Virus record (IMG/VR): IMGVR_UViG_3300045988_085035
DNA: 60,719 bases
Reading direction: 5' to 3' (one strand)
Source of the DNA: a virus
Positions 35,382 to 46,428 of the stretch are shown here, one piece after another. The notes under the pieces are model-generated. The model ran no database searches, was not told the origin of the DNA, and saw only the letters and a list, made by a program, of their open reading frames with translations. Position 1 is the stretch's first letter. Each line of letters starts with the position of its first letter. Both the position numbers and the translations under genes were made by a program.

Positions 35382-38300
35382 CTGGTAAGAGAGAACTGGA
35401 AGCATCCGCTCAGAACATGGCTCAGAATGTGTCTCAGATAGGTTCTATAGCCGAAAATACTGGGAAAATAATATCTCAGTCATTTGCCGCCTCCGGTCAG
35501 CAGATAGATCAGCAGACAGAAAAAGTAGAAAATCTCAATGGTGAACTTGATAAACTGGGAAACCAAAAGCAAGAAATCAAGATCACCCGCTGGAATGATG
35601 ACTCTAAAAACTCTGATTACGGCGGCCCCATTGAGAAAGATACCCTTGTAGACGCTAGAAGTCTTGGATACTCTAAAGAAATTGCAGACGCAGTTGACGG
35701 AAATCTTGCAAGCACGCAGGATCATGTCAATGAATTAAGGCAAGCTATTGAAGAAACAAAGGCTTCTATGAAATCCATGGAAAAGGATGGCAAATGGTGG
35801 GGGGATGAAGATTACGACAAGGCTGCGGTAAAACTGGATCAGCTTCAGAAGGCTGCAAAAGACTATAAGTCGGAATTGTATTCGCCAACGCCAAACGCGA
35901 ATCCTTTTGGGATGGATACACTGGCAGGTAAGATCAGAGAGGCAGAGTTAGAGCTTAATCGGCTTTCTGAAGCGGGTAAGGGACTGGGAGACGAACAGTA
36001 TGACAAAGCCTATCAGAAACTTGCCAGGCTTACATCGGAAGCAAGAGAATACAAAAGAGCACTTGTTACAGATGGTTCCAACACAGGTGCAAAAAGTCTT
36101 TCTGAAACGATGTCTGGAGTTGGACAGAGACTTCAGAAGTCAGCTAAATCCATAGGAAGTGTTACAAAAGGCTTAAAAAAAATAAAGTCTTACGCTGATT
36201 CTGCTGCCAAGTCTGTTAAAAATCTCGGGTCCGCTATTCTGAAAATGGCAGGATTCGGGGGCAAGATGGACAAAGCTTCAGACAGCATGGCGAAAGCCCT
36301 TAAAATGCTGATGCGCTACGGACTGGGAATCAGAAGTACCTATGTGCTGATAAATAAGTTCCGAAGCGCGATTGTAGCCGGGTTCTCTAACCTGGCACAG
36401 TATAGTGAGTCTACCAATGCAAGCATATCGTCGGTGATGTCGTCACTCACACGGTTAAAGAACGCACTTGCTACGGCATTTGCTCCTATTCTTACCGTGG
36501 TATCTCCGATTTTGACACAGTTTATAGACATGTGCTCGAATGCGGCTACACAGGTGGGGATGTTCTTTGCAGCATTGGCAGGACAGACGAGCTTTACAAA
36601 AGCGAAAGCAGTGCAGCAGGACTATGCAGAATCGTTGAATAAAACATCCAGCTCAACCAATAGCGCAGCTAAGGCAGCTGAGAAGCAGGCGAAAGCCCTC
36701 AAAAAGGCACAGAAAGCCGCGCAGGGGAGTATTGCATCATTTGATGAGTTAAATGTGATTCAGCACGATACAGCGGACACAACAGACTCTACAGGTGACA
36801 CAGCAGCAAAGGGACTTACACCGAAAGATATGTTTGAGGAAGTCCCGATTAAAAGTAAGATCAAGAGCTTTGCTGACAGGATTAAGAATCTTATCAAAAA
36901 ACAGGACTGGAAGGGCATTGGTAAGCTACTTGGTAGCGAAATCAATAAGGGCTTAAAGAAAGTCAACAATGCAATCAAATGGGATAATGTAGGAGATAAG
37001 ATTGAAAAAGGTGTTACAGCAATTACCGATATATTTAACAGTATGGTTGACGAAATCGACTGGACATATCTGGGTAACACCATAGGAGAAGGGCTGAACA
37101 CCATTGTCCGTACCATGAATTTACTCATGGAGAAAACAGATTTTAAAAATCTTGGAAAAAGCATTGCTGAGGCAATCAATGGTCTTATGGATACGACCTC
37201 ATGGGAAGAGGTCGGACGGTTCTTCGGCAATCGTGTAATGGTACTCTGGGACACGCTAAACGGGGCTGTACATGAATTAAACTGGGCGAGTATAGGAATA
37301 TCTATAGCAGAGGTTTTAAACGGCGCATTTCGCCGTATAGACCTTACAGAGATAGGTGATACACTGGCGACATCGGTAAATGGCATTTTTACATCCTTGA
37401 AAAACTTTACAGCTACTTTTGACTGGACTGGTTTCGCAGATAATGTAAGAAACGGCATATCTACGTTCCTAAAGGAAACAGATTGGAAGGCAAATGGTGA
37501 AGCTCTGGGAGAGTTTATCACAAAATTATGTGATATGCTTACAGACATGCTGACCGTAGATAACTTCAAAGAATTTGGAGAAGGTATTGGCACATTCTTA
37601 TCAGAACTTCCATGGGGTACAATCCTGAAGACAGCAGCCATCACAATAGTTAACGCTATAGGTGGTTTAATGGCGGGATTGGCAAAAACACCGGCAGGCT
37701 TATTTGTAGATGGGTTAGTAGCTGTATTCGGATCGGCAAAAATAGTTGGAATCCTGACAGCGGCATTTAAAACGCTGTTTGGAACAGCGGCGTCCAATGG
37801 CGCAGCAGGTGCGTTAGCTGCCCTAAAAGCGGCAGGCGTGTTCGCTTCATTTGCTTCAGCGATTGGGATCGGAGTGACAGCAGGAGCAGCTGCGGCAGGA
37901 GATTCAACAGCTTCAGATGATGAACTGAAAAGCACGCAGGATCTTCTGGCAAATTTCGCCTTAGTTCTCGATGATCTGAAAGAAAAGGGAATTGTCTCAG
38001 GTGCGGCAATGGATACTTTGCAAAAAAGTATCAGCACAATTTCCTCCGATACAACACCCGCGGGTACGATCAGTGCATTGAGAGACGCTTTAGTGGATGC
38101 AGGAGTATCTTCTGATGATCTGGCGATGTCCATTTCAAACACAAACACAGACTTATCAGAATTGTACAATGTGATGGCAAATTCTACGGGCGCTATAGAC
38201 GATGCAACGGGAAAAACGAAATCTTTTGCAACAGCAATTACCGGAGTAGATACCAGCCCACTTATTGATAAACTGGAATCTCTTAGGGGTACAATTTCAA

Positions 38301-39604
38301 AAGTCGAGTTTGCAGACATGGTTGTAAAATCTGCAAATGCTATCGACGAGATGGGCGGCATCTGGGAGAACGGGAAACAGATCCTGGGAGAGAAGGCCCT
38401 TGCAATCTACGCAGAAATCTGTGATGGTCTTGAACCGGATGAGAATGGATTCTATACACTTGCCAGTGGTCAGATGGTTCAGTATGGTCAGGCAATCGAG
38501 GACTCCACCGGAACACTGAAGGAGAAGACGAAAGCTACACTGGACGAGGGGCTGAAAGCGGGAATCAATGAGTGTCTGCCGGAGCAGAACCAGATTGGCG
38601 GCGAAATGGGAAACTATTTCGTTGAGGGGTATACCAGCGCGCTGATCGGAAACAGGCAACTGAAATCCGCTTATGAAGAAGCATTGAAAGGCGTTGATAC
38701 GACAGTAGCTCAGGAGCAGGCAAAGACCACAGGTGAAGAACTGGGAAAGAATACCGGTGCAGGATTCCAGAAAGGCATTGATGAGGTTTCAGACAGCGTG
38801 AGCGATTCTGTCACTGGCATGATGGAGAAATCCGTCAAGGAACCGGCGCAGAAAGCCGTAGACTCTCATTCACCGTCAAGATGGTTTGCACAGCTTGCTG
38901 TATATTGCGGACAAGGCTTCGGAAACAATCTCAACAATGCGTTTGCTTCAACGTTCTCATGGTTTGGAAACTTCAGGGCAAGAATCGTGAACAGCATTGG
39001 AAGCCTTTATACAGTTGGGTACAACTTCCTGATCGGCATGAACAATGGTATAGTGGCAGGCGCGCAAGTTATGTATAACAATGCCAAAATCATTGCTAAT
39101 AACCTCTCTAACATTTTTAGATCTGCATGGAAAATCCATTCTCCGTCACAGGTAGCAGGTGAAATCGGTGGCTATTATATGGCGGGTATGTTCAACGAAA
39201 TGCAGGCTGGAGCTGATAAGATTTTAAGCATGTTCAATAACTTTGCAAGTCGTATTGGATCTACAAAGTTTGATGCGCCAAAACTGGACATTCCTGTATC
39301 ATACAGTCCGGTAACATCAGCAGCATACCTTAATCAGGTGCCACTTATGGCTCAGGGAAAAGTTATCCCACCAAATACAGTCAGAGATTACAGCGCGGAT
39401 AAGAACAGCAGGGCATCTGATATTGAAAATGCAGTTGAGAAGGTGTTGTTGAGAATGAAAAATGATGATAACGGCTTCGGGAATGATGATTCTAAATACA
39501 TCATCCTAAACATCGACGGTCGTGAATTTATCAGATGGATGCAGGCACAGAATGAACAGGATCTAAATCGTGGCGGTTCGGGATTATTCCCATCGTCAGT
39601 ATAG
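35318..39604 (+). CDS. Tape measure protein (1428 aa)
   Basis: Very long, helical, Ala/Gly-rich with hydrophobic central segments. ATG at 35318 after GGGGGAGG. Confidence 0.9.
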   Translation: MAEQADGCIRIETALDTSGFIAGKRELEASAQNMAQNVSQIGSIAENTGKIISQSFAASGQQIDQQTEKVENLNGELDKLGNQKQEIKITRWNDDSKNSDYGGPIEKDTLVDARSLGYSKEIADAVDGNLASTQDHVNELRQAIEETKASMKSMEKDGKWWGDEDYDKAAVKLDQLQKAAKDYKSELYSPTPNANPFGMDTLAGKIREAELELNRLSEAGKGLGDEQYDKAYQKLARLTSEAREYKRALVTDGSNTGAKSLSETMSGVGQRLQKSAKSIGSVTKGLKKIKSYADSAAKSVKNLGSAILKMAGFGGKMDKASDSMAKALKMLMRYGLGIRSTYVLINKFRSAIVAGFSNLAQYSESTNASISSVMSSLTRLKNALATAFAPILTVVSPILTQFIDMCSNAATQVGMFFAALAGQTSFTKAKAVQQDYAESLNKTSSSTNSAAKAAEKQAKALKKAQKAAQGSIASFDELNVIQHDTADTTDSTGDTAAKGLTPKDMFEEVPIKSKIKSFADRIKNLIKKQDWKGIGKLLGSEINKGLKKVNNAIKWDNVGDKIEKGVTAITDIFNSMVDEIDWTYLGNTIGEGLNTIVRTMNLLMEKTDFKNLGKSIAEAINGLMDTTSWEEVGRFFGNRVMVLWDTLNGAVHELNWASIGISIAEVLNGAFRRIDLTEIGDTLATSVNGIFTSLKNFTATFDWTGFADNVRNGISTFLKETDWKANGEALGEFITKLCDMLTDMLTVDNFKEFGEGIGTFLSELPWGTILKTAAITIVNAIGGLMAGLAKTPAGLFVDGLVAVFGSAKIVGILTAAFKTLFGTAASNGAAGALAALKAAGVFASFASAIGIGVTAGAAAAGDSTASDDELKSTQDLLANFALVLDDLKEKGIVSGAAMDTLQKSISTISSDTTPAGTISALRDALVDAGVSSDDLAMSISNTNTDLSELYNVMANSTGAIDDATGKTKSFATAITGVDTSPLIDKLESLRGTISKVEFADMVVKSANAIDEMGGIWENGKQILGEKALAIYAEICDGLEPDENGFYTLASGQMVQYGQAIEDSTGTLKEKTKATLDEGLKAGINECLPEQNQIGGEMGNYFVEGYTSALIGNRQLKSAYEEALKGVDTTVAQEQAKTTGEELGKNTGAGFQKGIDEVSDSVSDSVTGMMEKSVKEPAQKAVDSHSPSRWFAQLAVYCGQGFGNNLNNAFASTFSWFGNFRARIVNSIGSLYTVGYNFLIGMNNGIVAGAQVMYNNAKIIANNLSNIFRSAWKIHSPSQVAGEIGGYYMAGMFNEMQAGADKILSMFNNFASRIGSTKFDAPKLDIPVSYSPVTSAAYLNQVPLMAQGKVIPPNTVRDYSADKNSRASDIENAVEKVLLRMKNDDNGFGNDDSKYIILNIDGREFIRWMQAQNEQDLNRGGSGLFPSSV

Positions 39605-39698
39605 GAGGTGAGGGCATATATCCGGATTACAGAAAGCGGCAGTTAGTTCGGGGGCATTTCAGGGGTGGTTTTTAAAATTCGGTTCGCAGAAACTGCCA

Positions 39699-40064
39699 AT
39701 GGAGTATATCATTAAAGGTGGGTATAGCAGCACCCCTAATCAGAGACAGGAATCAAATGCCTGGCAGGACACGAATGGGAACCTACACAGGGATACAGCA
39801 TCGCATTACCGAACAAAGATTGAATTTAAGACAGTGGAAGGTATCACGTTAAGTGAGAAGCAGGAAATTCAGGGCATTATAAATTCTGCCATTACAGATA
39901 AGAAGCAGAGAAAAGGAACAGTTACATACTGGAACGAAGAAGAAAATGCCTATAAACAGGCCACTGTGTATATTCCTGACATTACCTTTGAAGTAGATGA
40001 AGTGGATGAAAAGCGGAAGACAATATACTACAAGTCGATTAGAATCGCACTGATAGAGTATTAA
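39699..40064 (+). CDS. Tail-module hypothetical protein (short distal-tail-protein candidate)
   Basis: First ORF after the tape measure gene, 121 aa. Preceded by about 95 nt with no ORF. Confidence 0.4.
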   Translation: MEYIIKGGYSSTPNQRQESNAWQDTNGNLHRDTASHYRTKIEFKTVEGITLSEKQEIQGIINSAITDKKQRKGTVTYWNEEENAYKQATVYIPDITFEVDEVDEKRKTIYYKSIRIALIEY

Positions 40065-40068
40065 ACCA

Positions 40069-40107
40069 GGGCGCATGGGTGTCATAGCTCATGCGCTCTT
40101 TTGTTTT
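40069..40107 (+). terminator. Intrinsic terminator inside the tail module
   Basis: GGGCGCATG-12 nt loop-CATGCGCTC (9 bp, one G-U pair) followed by TTTTGTTTT. Confidence 0.6.
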
Positions 40108-40126
40108 AAAACTGAAGGAGGCAGAT

Positions 40127-43100
40127 ATGGCAGATACATACAAACTTAGCAGTCTGATGGGTACCACATCCGGAATGACTTTAGTCACCAGTACTATAAT
40201 GAAGAGCGGAAAGACGCAGGTCCTTGACAGCTATTATATGTATTCTAAGGTACCATATGGAAGATGGTATTATTCACAGGCACAACAATCTTTTGATAAT
40301 GAAATTACAAAAGTATCTGTTAAATATGATGGGAATATACTTTTTACATTTAGAAAAGGTTCGCTGGGCGAATGCGATGCATTTTATGTAATCGGGTTAA
40401 CAGCAACAGAAAAAATATACAAGCAGAGCGGTACTCTGGATACAGGCGAAAAGTTTGATAAAATTTGTGTATACGGTACCACTATCAACCTCAATCTTGC
40501 GAGTTTCCAGGTTAATGCGATATACGAAATGTTCCTTATCAGCGGAGGCAAAAAACCGCAGATCATATTTAATTTTATAAAAGCACCAAAGGCATATTTG
40601 AGCAGATACGAATACCCTTTTACAAGATCAAGCAGTGATAAGAATATGACAACAAAACTTCCAGTAAAAGCGGCTCCATCAAAGATCTATCTGACCTATG
40701 CAGGCGCAGCCGATAAATGGAAAGTAACAACAGATTTATTTAGTACTGTTACCTTAGATAATCTGCTGGGGACAAACTGGTTTCTGTGTGGATCGTACGA
40801 TTACTCTGTAACAGTAAAAGACAGCAGCCTCTTTGATTTCTTCAAGATAAATAATCGAGCCTTATCCCAAATAACAGGATACGGAAAAGGCAGGGTTGTA
40901 TTACAGAGTTCAGGTAATATAATCTGCGTATGGGGAACTACGAATAACGGTGCATATTCTTCTTATTACGCAGAATACATGAGAAATGTACCGGAGCTGA
41001 CACTGGCAGATGGTTCAAAGTTCTTCAAAATGCGTGGAAGAATGAGAGTAAATTCAGGTAGTAAAACCGCATTAATTTATGAAATGTATCTCCTGAACAA
41101 TCAGAAGATTCTCATTTATATCGCTGGGATTCCTGATGATGACACAAAAGCAACTGGAGAAAACTATGTCAATCTGTTTGGTGTAAATACTTCTTTGGGA
41201 GAGGTGACGGCAGGAGAAAAAATCTGGCTGTATCTGGATGATGCTGGTACTTCTTATGCAATGAAGACAGGAAATGATTCTGAAGTTTCAAAGATAGAGA
41301 TTCTTACCCTGCCGACAGAGAATACATTTTACCTCGGAAGCAAACTGAATCTGGATGGATTGACAGTGCGCGCAACATTTGCTGATGGAACTACTTTTGA
41401 TATTCTCAAATGGAATGAAATAAATGTTGCTTACACGAACGAACTGGGAAATCAGGCAGTAACTGTAATGTTTAGAGGGAAAACGGCTACATTTCAGACA
41501 GAATGCCTGGAGGACAAAGTTGCATCAATAGACTTCACAATCAGCCAGGATCACTATATGATCGGAGAATCCCTGGGATACATCCGAGTAACAGCAACAA
41601 GACTTTCAGGAAAGACAGAATCCGTCAGCACAGGTGATTACACAATTTCCGGATATGACCTGAATACGCAGGGAACACAGACTATCACAGTTGCTTATGA
41701 GGGATTGACAGCGACCAAAGAGATTCTGGTTGATTCACCTGAAACAGCAGTGCTGACAGTTGTGAATAATTCAAGTGAACCTTTTTTAATCAATTTTGAT
41801 ACGTTCGAGTCAATGAATGTAGTGGCAACTCTTACATATAGCGATGGACAGACAACCAACATTTTACCGTCTTATTCTGGATATGATAATGAAGCAGCCG
41901 GAGAGAAGATTATTTCTGTTTCATACCGTGGTTTATCTGCAACCTACACGGTACAGGTGGTAGAAGAAATTACACATCAGGTAAGTGACAACATTACTAT
42001 GACCCTAAATGGGTTAACCGGAAAAGCAGTAATAAGTGGTTCTGGAGAAATACCGTCAGGTTCTAATATATTTTCAAACCCACATGAAAGTGATTGGCGT
42101 GGATCCGGATATAAAACGGCAATCAAAACAGCAGAAATAGCAGATGGCATTACATCTGTTTACGGTTTTGATAGTTGCGTCAATCTTACAACCGTTCAGT
42201 TACCGGATAACTTGAATAAAGTGGAATATGATGCTTTTTCTGGATGCTCAAATCTGCAAGAAGTGACACTTTCAGAAAATGTTACAACAGTAAATAGTTC
42301 CGCCTTTAGCTCTTGTACAAATACAATTCTTACAATAAAGAATGCGGAGTGCCAGATATATGATGAGAGTTATACACTGCAGGTAGCAAAGATAAGAGGA
42401 CACATAGATTCTACGGCACAGAGCTATGCAGAAAAGTACGATATAGAATTTGAACCGCTTGAGACTGTTACGAAGATTCAGATCACAAAGAAATCAGAAA
42501 AAGTATATCATGTCGGAGATGTACTTAGTAAAGATGATTTTGAGGTAACTGTAACTCTTGACACGGGTGAAAATAGATCTATAAAGTCCTATGAATTTGA
42601 ATATGATTTTTCTTCCGTTGGGGAAAAGACCGTAAAAGTCATCTACGGAGAACTTTATGCTTCTTTTACAGTAAATATCATAGGATATACTTTTTCAGAG
42701 CTGGTCAATACCACAACCGGAATGCAGGTAATTCGAAACACTAAAAATGACGACGGAATAGATACCGTAGATGGCGTTGACTGGTTTAAATTCAACAACG
42801 TGACTGCAGATAAACTGTATATCAACGGAAATAACGGGATAGGTTTCGGGGTATCATCAGAACAGTTAAAGATCTGCCGACGTGATGGAGCTATATGGAA
42901 TATTTACAGGCTGGAAACTGTATTGGACGACGGTACAAAGCTTCTTAAAATCCGGGTAGAAGGGTATACACATTATGGTGCCTCTGGAACACACGAGAGC
43001 CAGATAAAATATGAATTATTTTTATTTGGCAATGGCGATATGTACCTGAATGTGATCCAGTCCCCCGCGTCTACAAGTACCTATGCCGGTACATCCAGCC

Positions 43101-45667
43101 TGATATGCGGTAAGACCACGAACTTGTCTCTGAATGGAGCTACACCTGAGAAACCGGTACAGGTGTCATTCTTGCATCAGGATGATTCAGGGATTGACTG
43201 GGAAATAGCATACGGGGCATACAAGTTTGTAAAGCTGACAGGAATCAGTGTCACTACACTTCCGAATAAGACCAGATACAAAGTTAAAGAATCATTTGAT
43301 TCCACAGGAATGATTGTTACGGCAAACTTTGATGATGGTTCGTCAGAAACAGTGACAAAATATACTCTGACCCAGCCTGACATGACCACATCTGGCACAA
43401 AGACTATCACCGTGACCTCTGAGAATAAAAATGCCTCTTTCGATATTCTGGTTGTTGATGTAACTGAAATTATTGTAACTACACTACCATCCAAAACAAG
43501 ATATTATGAAGATGATACTTTTTCATCGGACGGTATTGTAGTCTCACAAGTATACAGTGATGGGGCTAAAGAGAACATATCAGGCTTTACATTATCCAAA
43601 CCTGATATGTCCGCAGGCGGCGAGAAGACAGTAACCGTAACTTACAGTAAGTTTACGACTACATTTACAATCACGGTAATTGGTATATCCGGGATAGAAG
43701 TCTCCAAAATGCCGACAAAGACAGAATACTATTTAGGCGATAGCCTTGACGCGTCTGGCCTTGTAGTGGTATCCAGATATACAGATAACACCACAAAGAA
43801 ACTGGAAAATTACAGTATATCCAAGCTTGACAGCTCATCAGTTGGTGAGAAAACAATTACAGTAACCTATAAAACCCACACCACCACTTTCAAAGTAACC
43901 GTATACAAAGCAAGTGGTATCAGAATCTCACATTTTCCCGCTAAGGCGTTCTATAAGATCGGGGAGTCTCTGGATTTGACGGGATTGTCTGTAAATCTGA
44001 TTAGAAATGATGGCTCTGAAAAAGAGATCACGGATTATAGCGTATCCGGATTCGACAGCTCTAAAGTCGGAACCGAGACCATAACTGTATCTTACAACAT
44101 GATAGTTAATGGTACGAATACCTTTATAGGTTCCGACAGCTTTCAGATTAAAGTCACAAACGATGGCAAAAACCCATTTGACAGCAGCACAGGCGGAGGC
44201 GATACAGGAGAAACTGAGGAAAATACAGAGCCAGTGTACGTAACAGTCCATTGGATAGATGGGGAGTTCGAGGATCTGACCCATGAAAATGGCGGTATCA
44301 AGGCAAATACGTTTGTTCTTCAGGAGTCTATCTGTTCTGAGCAGTACTTTATCTTTGGTGGCTGCATCTCCAACCAAGTGTCATTTGAAACAGGACACAA
44401 ACAGTTCTGGGGGACAGATGAAGACTCATACCCGTCCGGCAGAATTGAGGTATATCTGGAATGCAATAAAGCACAGATCAAGGTATTCACAGGCAGGATT
44501 GCAAGTGCAGAAAGGACTTCTATCTATTCGACAAGGAAGATTGTAGCCTACGACTATCTGTATGATCTCAGAAACACAGATATTGCAAGATGGTACAAGA
44601 GCCAGATTGCCGATAAGAAGAAAAAACTTACACAGAAACAGTTCCGCGATATGTTGTTTAAATTCTTAGGCATTGAACAAATATCTACAAAGCTGCACTG
44701 GGATGATGCTTATGTGCCATATACAAACAATGCGAATGAAATAAATGCGGTTAATGTTATAAAAGACCTGTGCCTTCAGAACGACCGCTTTGGATGGATG
44801 AATAGGGACGGCAAGTTTGAATACCTAAAGCTTCGCCAAAACAGTCAGGAAACAGGCGAGACCACTTCCGGAAAGAAGATTTACAAATATTATGATAATG
44901 CAGAGGTCCATCTTGATACGTTCAAAAGCTTTTGGGCGAAAGAGGGAAGAATATGGTTTCCGCATACGATTTATACTGATCCAGATCCAAGCAGAGCATT
45001 TGGCTTCACGGCTGGCGAACCAACTGCACAGGAAGCATATGAAAACAATGTTTTCTATAACCGGAACAGCTTTTTTGTGGGTAATGAAGACTGGATGGAC
45101 TATGTATGGAGCGCGGACGAATATGGTGGAATCAGCAGAGAAAAGCCGATTATCAACATCTGTTATGGTACTTTTGTAAATCTGGATTTGCGAAAGTTTT
45201 ACAGGGCGCAAGCCTACACAGTGGAAGTTATTGGAAATCCGCTCAATACAATCGGACAGACAATAGAGCTGTGCAACACGAAGCAGATGGAAGATGGCAC
45301 AGAATTAGAGTGGTATGTACATTCTTACATCATGAGTAGGACTTTGAAGCTTGGAAACAGCCAATTGATTGATACTTACAGTGCAAATAATGCACCTTTT
45401 AACAGTAACAGCCGACAGCTTGGAAAAGATACACCAGAGATATCCGCAACTGTCAATCGCACCCGATCAGAAATGCCTGTAGTAAGCTATGGATTCTCAG
45501 ATGGTACGAGCGATTTTACCCCGGCTGCAGTTTCTACTTCTGGAAGCACTACAAAAAAGACAGCATTACGTTGCATGAAGCGTATCAAAAAAGATGATTA
45601 TGATAAGCTTCCCGCGGCAATTCGTACCAGAGACGACACTATTTTTATGACATACAAGGAGAGCTAA
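40127..45667 (+). CDS. Giant tail/baseplate-associated adhesin-like protein (1846 aa) with Ig-like repeats, an LRR segment and a C-terminal tail-protein region
   Basis: At least 8 roughly 70-aa Ig-like repeats of the pattern LP-K-YY-GD-LD-GL-V...Y-DG-...-GEKT-TVTY-TF-V. BspA-type LRR segment (ITSVYGFDSCVNLTTVQLPDNLNKVEYDAFSGCSNLQEVTLSENVTTVNSSAF). Start moved to the ATG at 40127 after GAAGGAGG. Confidence 0.8.
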   Translation: MADTYKLSSLMGTTSGMTLVTSTIMKSGKTQVLDSYYMYSKVPYGRWYYSQAQQSFDNEITKVSVKYDGNILFTFRKGSLGECDAFYVIGLTATEKIYKQSGTLDTGEKFDKICVYGTTINLNLASFQVNAIYEMFLISGGKKPQIIFNFIKAPKAYLSRYEYPFTRSSSDKNMTTKLPVKAAPSKIYLTYAGAADKWKVTTDLFSTVTLDNLLGTNWFLCGSYDYSVTVKDSSLFDFFKINNRALSQITGYGKGRVVLQSSGNIICVWGTTNNGAYSSYYAEYMRNVPELTLADGSKFFKMRGRMRVNSGSKTALIYEMYLLNNQKILIYIAGIPDDDTKATGENYVNLFGVNTSLGEVTAGEKIWLYLDDAGTSYAMKTGNDSEVSKIEILTLPTENTFYLGSKLNLDGLTVRATFADGTTFDILKWNEINVAYTNELGNQAVTVMFRGKTATFQTECLEDKVASIDFTISQDHYMIGESLGYIRVTATRLSGKTESVSTGDYTISGYDLNTQGTQTITVAYEGLTATKEILVDSPETAVLTVVNNSSEPFLINFDTFESMNVVATLTYSDGQTTNILPSYSGYDNEAAGEKIISVSYRGLSATYTVQVVEEITHQVSDNITMTLNGLTGKAVISGSGEIPSGSNIFSNPHESDWRGSGYKTAIKTAEIADGITSVYGFDSCVNLTTVQLPDNLNKVEYDAFSGCSNLQEVTLSENVTTVNSSAFSSCTNTILTIKNAECQIYDESYTLQVAKIRGHIDSTAQSYAEKYDIEFEPLETVTKIQITKKSEKVYHVGDVLSKDDFEVTVTLDTGENRSIKSYEFEYDFSSVGEKTVKVIYGELYASFTVNIIGYTFSELVNTTTGMQVIRNTKNDDGIDTVDGVDWFKFNNVTADKLYINGNNGIGFGVSSEQLKICRRDGAIWNIYRLETVLDDGTKLLKIRVEGYTHYGASGTHESQIKYELFLFGNGDMYLNVIQSPASTSTYAGTSSLICGKTTNLSLNGATPEKPVQVSFLHQDDSGIDWEIAYGAYKFVKLTGISVTTLPNKTRYKVKESFDSTGMIVTANFDDGSSETVTKYTLTQPDMTTSGTKTITVTSENKNASFDILVVDVTEIIVTTLPSKTRYYEDDTFSSDGIVVSQVYSDGAKENISGFTLSKPDMSAGGEKTVTVTYSKFTTTFTITVIGISGIEVSKMPTKTEYYLGDSLDASGLVVVSRYTDNTTKKLENYSISKLDSSSVGEKTITVTYKTHTTTFKVTVYKASGIRISHFPAKAFYKIGESLDLTGLSVNLIRNDGSEKEITDYSVSGFDSSKVGTETITVSYNMIVNGTNTFIGSDSFQIKVTNDGKNPFDSSTGGGDTGETEENTEPVYVTVHWIDGEFEDLTHENGGIKANTFVLQESICSEQYFIFGGCISNQVSFETGHKQFWGTDEDSYPSGRIEVYLECNKAQIKVFTGRIASAERTSIYSTRKIVAYDYLYDLRNTDIARWYKSQIADKKKKLTQKQFRDMLFKFLGIEQISTKLHWDDAYVPYTNNANEINAVNVIKDLCLQNDRFGWMNRDGKFEYLKLRQNSQETGETTSGKKIYKYYDNAEVHLDTFKSFWAKEGRIWFPHTIYTDPDPSRAFGFTAGEPTAQEAYENNVFYNRNSFFVGNEDWMDYVWSADEYGGISREKPIINICYGTFVNLDLRKFYRAQAYTVEVIGNPLNTIGQTIELCNTKQMEDGTELEWYVHSYIMSRTLKLGNSQLIDTYSANNAPFNSNSRQLGKDTPEISATVNRTRSEMPVVSYGFSDGTSDFTPAAVSTSGSTTKKTALRCMKRIKKDDYDKLPAAIRTRDDTIFMTYKES

Positions 45668-46390
45668 ATGGCAATAGAGCATAAAGCTTTTTCCGGCGGA
45701 AAAGAAATAGACGGTTTCTATTCTGGTGGAAAAGAAATACAGGAAATATGGGGCGGCGATACACTCTTGTGGAGAAAGAAAGAAGAGGTAGTTGCAGAAG
45801 ACCAGTGGTGGGGAGAATACGACCTGTACGCCAGATTTAAAAACCCTGCACCATACAAGAGAGCAGAAGTGGGATTTACAACGCAGGGAAGAGATGCCCC
45901 TCAATCTTACAATTTGGCGTTCGGATTTTGCACACGGGTAGTAAATGGAATATATATGGTCACAGCCGCCGCCGTAGACAATTATGTACTGACCGGGCAA
46001 TATCACAATGATATATCAATGGTTCCGGCGTGCTACTATAGCAATACAGCAGATATTGGCGGTCAGGTACTTGCGTATCCCGGCATTGATTATGTAGATG
46101 ACACTGCTTCAAAATGGGATGCACTCTTGAAAGAATATCGTCTTTACACCAAGTCAGAATCCGAACCGATTTATTCATGGGGCGGAGCATTTGAAGAGAA
46201 ACCGTTCTGGTTTAAAGACAGTGACAAACAGGCGGGGGTATTTGATGTAAGTACGCCTCAGGTAGTTAGTGATGAAGAAACAGGTAAATACTATTACTAT
46301 CCTGCCAGACTTTTCAGTAACGTAAGAGACATGAAAAATTGGCTGCTTGTCATGCGGAATAATCCGGATAAATGGTGGACAGATAAGTAG
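45668..46390 (+). CDS. Tail-associated hypothetical protein
   Basis: ATG immediately after the upstream stop codon; 240 aa; no motif recognised. Confidence 0.5.
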   Translation: MAIEHKAFSGGKEIDGFYSGGKEIQEIWGGDTLLWRKKEEVVAEDQWWGEYDLYARFKNPAPYKRAEVGFTTQGRDAPQSYNLAFGFCTRVVNGIYMVTAAAVDNYVLTGQYHNDISMVPACYYSNTADIGGQVLAYPGIDYVDDTASKWDALLKEYRLYTKSESEPIYSWGGAFEEKPFWFKDSDKQAGVFDVSTPQVVSDEETGKYYYYPARLFSNVRDMKNWLLVMRNNPDKWWTDK

Positions 46391-46428
46391 CGATACATCG
46401 GGAGGATAAAGATGATGGACATTCGAGC

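Noticed and set aside
36760-38361. 533-aa ORF on the - strand inside the tape measure gene
   Set aside because: It is antisense to a gene with a strong functional signature. The product is low-complexity (Ser/Ala/Pro/Val-rich), as expected from reading an Ala/Gly/Lys-rich gene backwards, and there is no SD. Treated as a shadow ORF.
40091-40126. ORF-track start (ATG 40091) for the giant tail protein, and similar upstream extensions at 9001, 9719, 11933, 17911, 22077, 33332, 35234 and 46660
   Set aside because: The extensions overlap terminators or upstream genes and lack SD sequences. In-frame downstream ATGs preceded by GGAGG-type sites at 5-10 nt were preferred.
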